From Basidiobolus meristosporus CBS 931.73 (taxonomy: Eukaryota > Fungi > Basidiobolomycota), in assembly GCA_002104905.1 (NCBI GenBank), contig MCFE01000062.1, forward strand, positions 62,001-126,000: 64,000 nucleotides of DNA, written 5' to 3'. Of this stretch, positions 63,532 through 64,000 are shown one piece after another (within the stretch, counting starts at the first letter, position 1; each line of letters begins with the position of its first letter). The notes beneath the pieces are model-generated. The model was not told where the DNA came from. It made no database searches and saw only the letters and a list, made by a program, of their open reading frames with translations. A program made the position numbers and the translations under genes.

Positions 63532-64000
63532 ATACATAGGCCATTTCAAGCCAAATGTGCCCTTTGAGATACTAAGCAAGATATTAGAGAATATTTTCTA
63601 CCCTAAGTACTTCTCACAGGCTCCAATCAGCATTCATACACATATTGAACAATACCAGTGCAAGGACTGGATGAGCTGGATATGTATTTATTTCAGTGGC
63701 CTTCTGAAGCCATTTCTACCACAAGTATATTGGAAGCATTGGGAGTTATATGTGATCATAATATGAGTATTTATCCATAAGCAGATCCACAATGCTAACT
63801 TGACACATCTACAGCTTTTGTGCAAGGAGTTTGCAACTAGGTTTGTGCGGTTATACTACAAATATAAAGCTGAACATGAAGATTTCTGCCAACAATGTAT
63901 CCATTTGCTATTCCATCATGCTTGGAGTGTTGAGAATATTGGGCCTTGCTTCATCTTTTTGAAGTTTCCTATGGAGCATATGTGTGAGGAGATAGGAAGA
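63532..64000 (+). pseudogene. CACTA-type transposase fragment, running off the window end
   Basis: PFEILSKILENIFYPKYFSQAPISIHTHIEQYQCKDWMSWICIYFSGLLKPFLPQVYWKHW matches 21176-21480 (-) and 46850-47290 (+). Confidence 0.8.

Noticed and set aside
1-64000. tRNA, rRNA or other ncRNA genes
   Set aside because: No cloverleaf with a T-loop consensus or rRNA-like block was found by eye; tRNAscan-SE/Infernal would be needed to exclude them.

Overview
Eukaryotic, intron-containing DNA, most consistent with a fungus (GT..AG introns of 60-90 nt with CTAAC/CTAAT branch points; fungal-type HAL kinase; lineage is inference). The window has two compartments. (1) A CpG-rich gene island at ~2.8-16.5 kb holds a HAL/HRK1-family kinase, a spliced mitochondrially targeted protein of unknown function, an intronless double-globin gene, a serine palmitoyltransferase small subunit and a 4-exon branched-chain keto-acid dehydrogenase E1-alpha. 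The double-globin gene fuses a group-1 truncated 2/2 haemoglobin to a protoglobin-type 3/3 sensor globin and ends in a tail anchor. (2) CpG-depleted transposon DNA at 0-2.4 kb and 16.5-64 kb is deeply nested. It contains a Ty1/copia family, two Ty3/gypsy families (a chromovirus and a young element with ~99.5% identical LTRs), several decayed En-Spm/CACTA-type elements with two divergent ORFs, and an IS5/ISL2EU-like DDE transposon with an 11-bp TIR and an unusual 4-bp TSD plus its fold-back MITE. It also contains two copies of a 1.2-kb TG..CA element with a terminal hairpin and a palindromic repeat array. Best novelty candidates: the T+S globin fusion and the 4-bp-TSD ISL2-like transposon/MITE pair. 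All alignments were done by eye.
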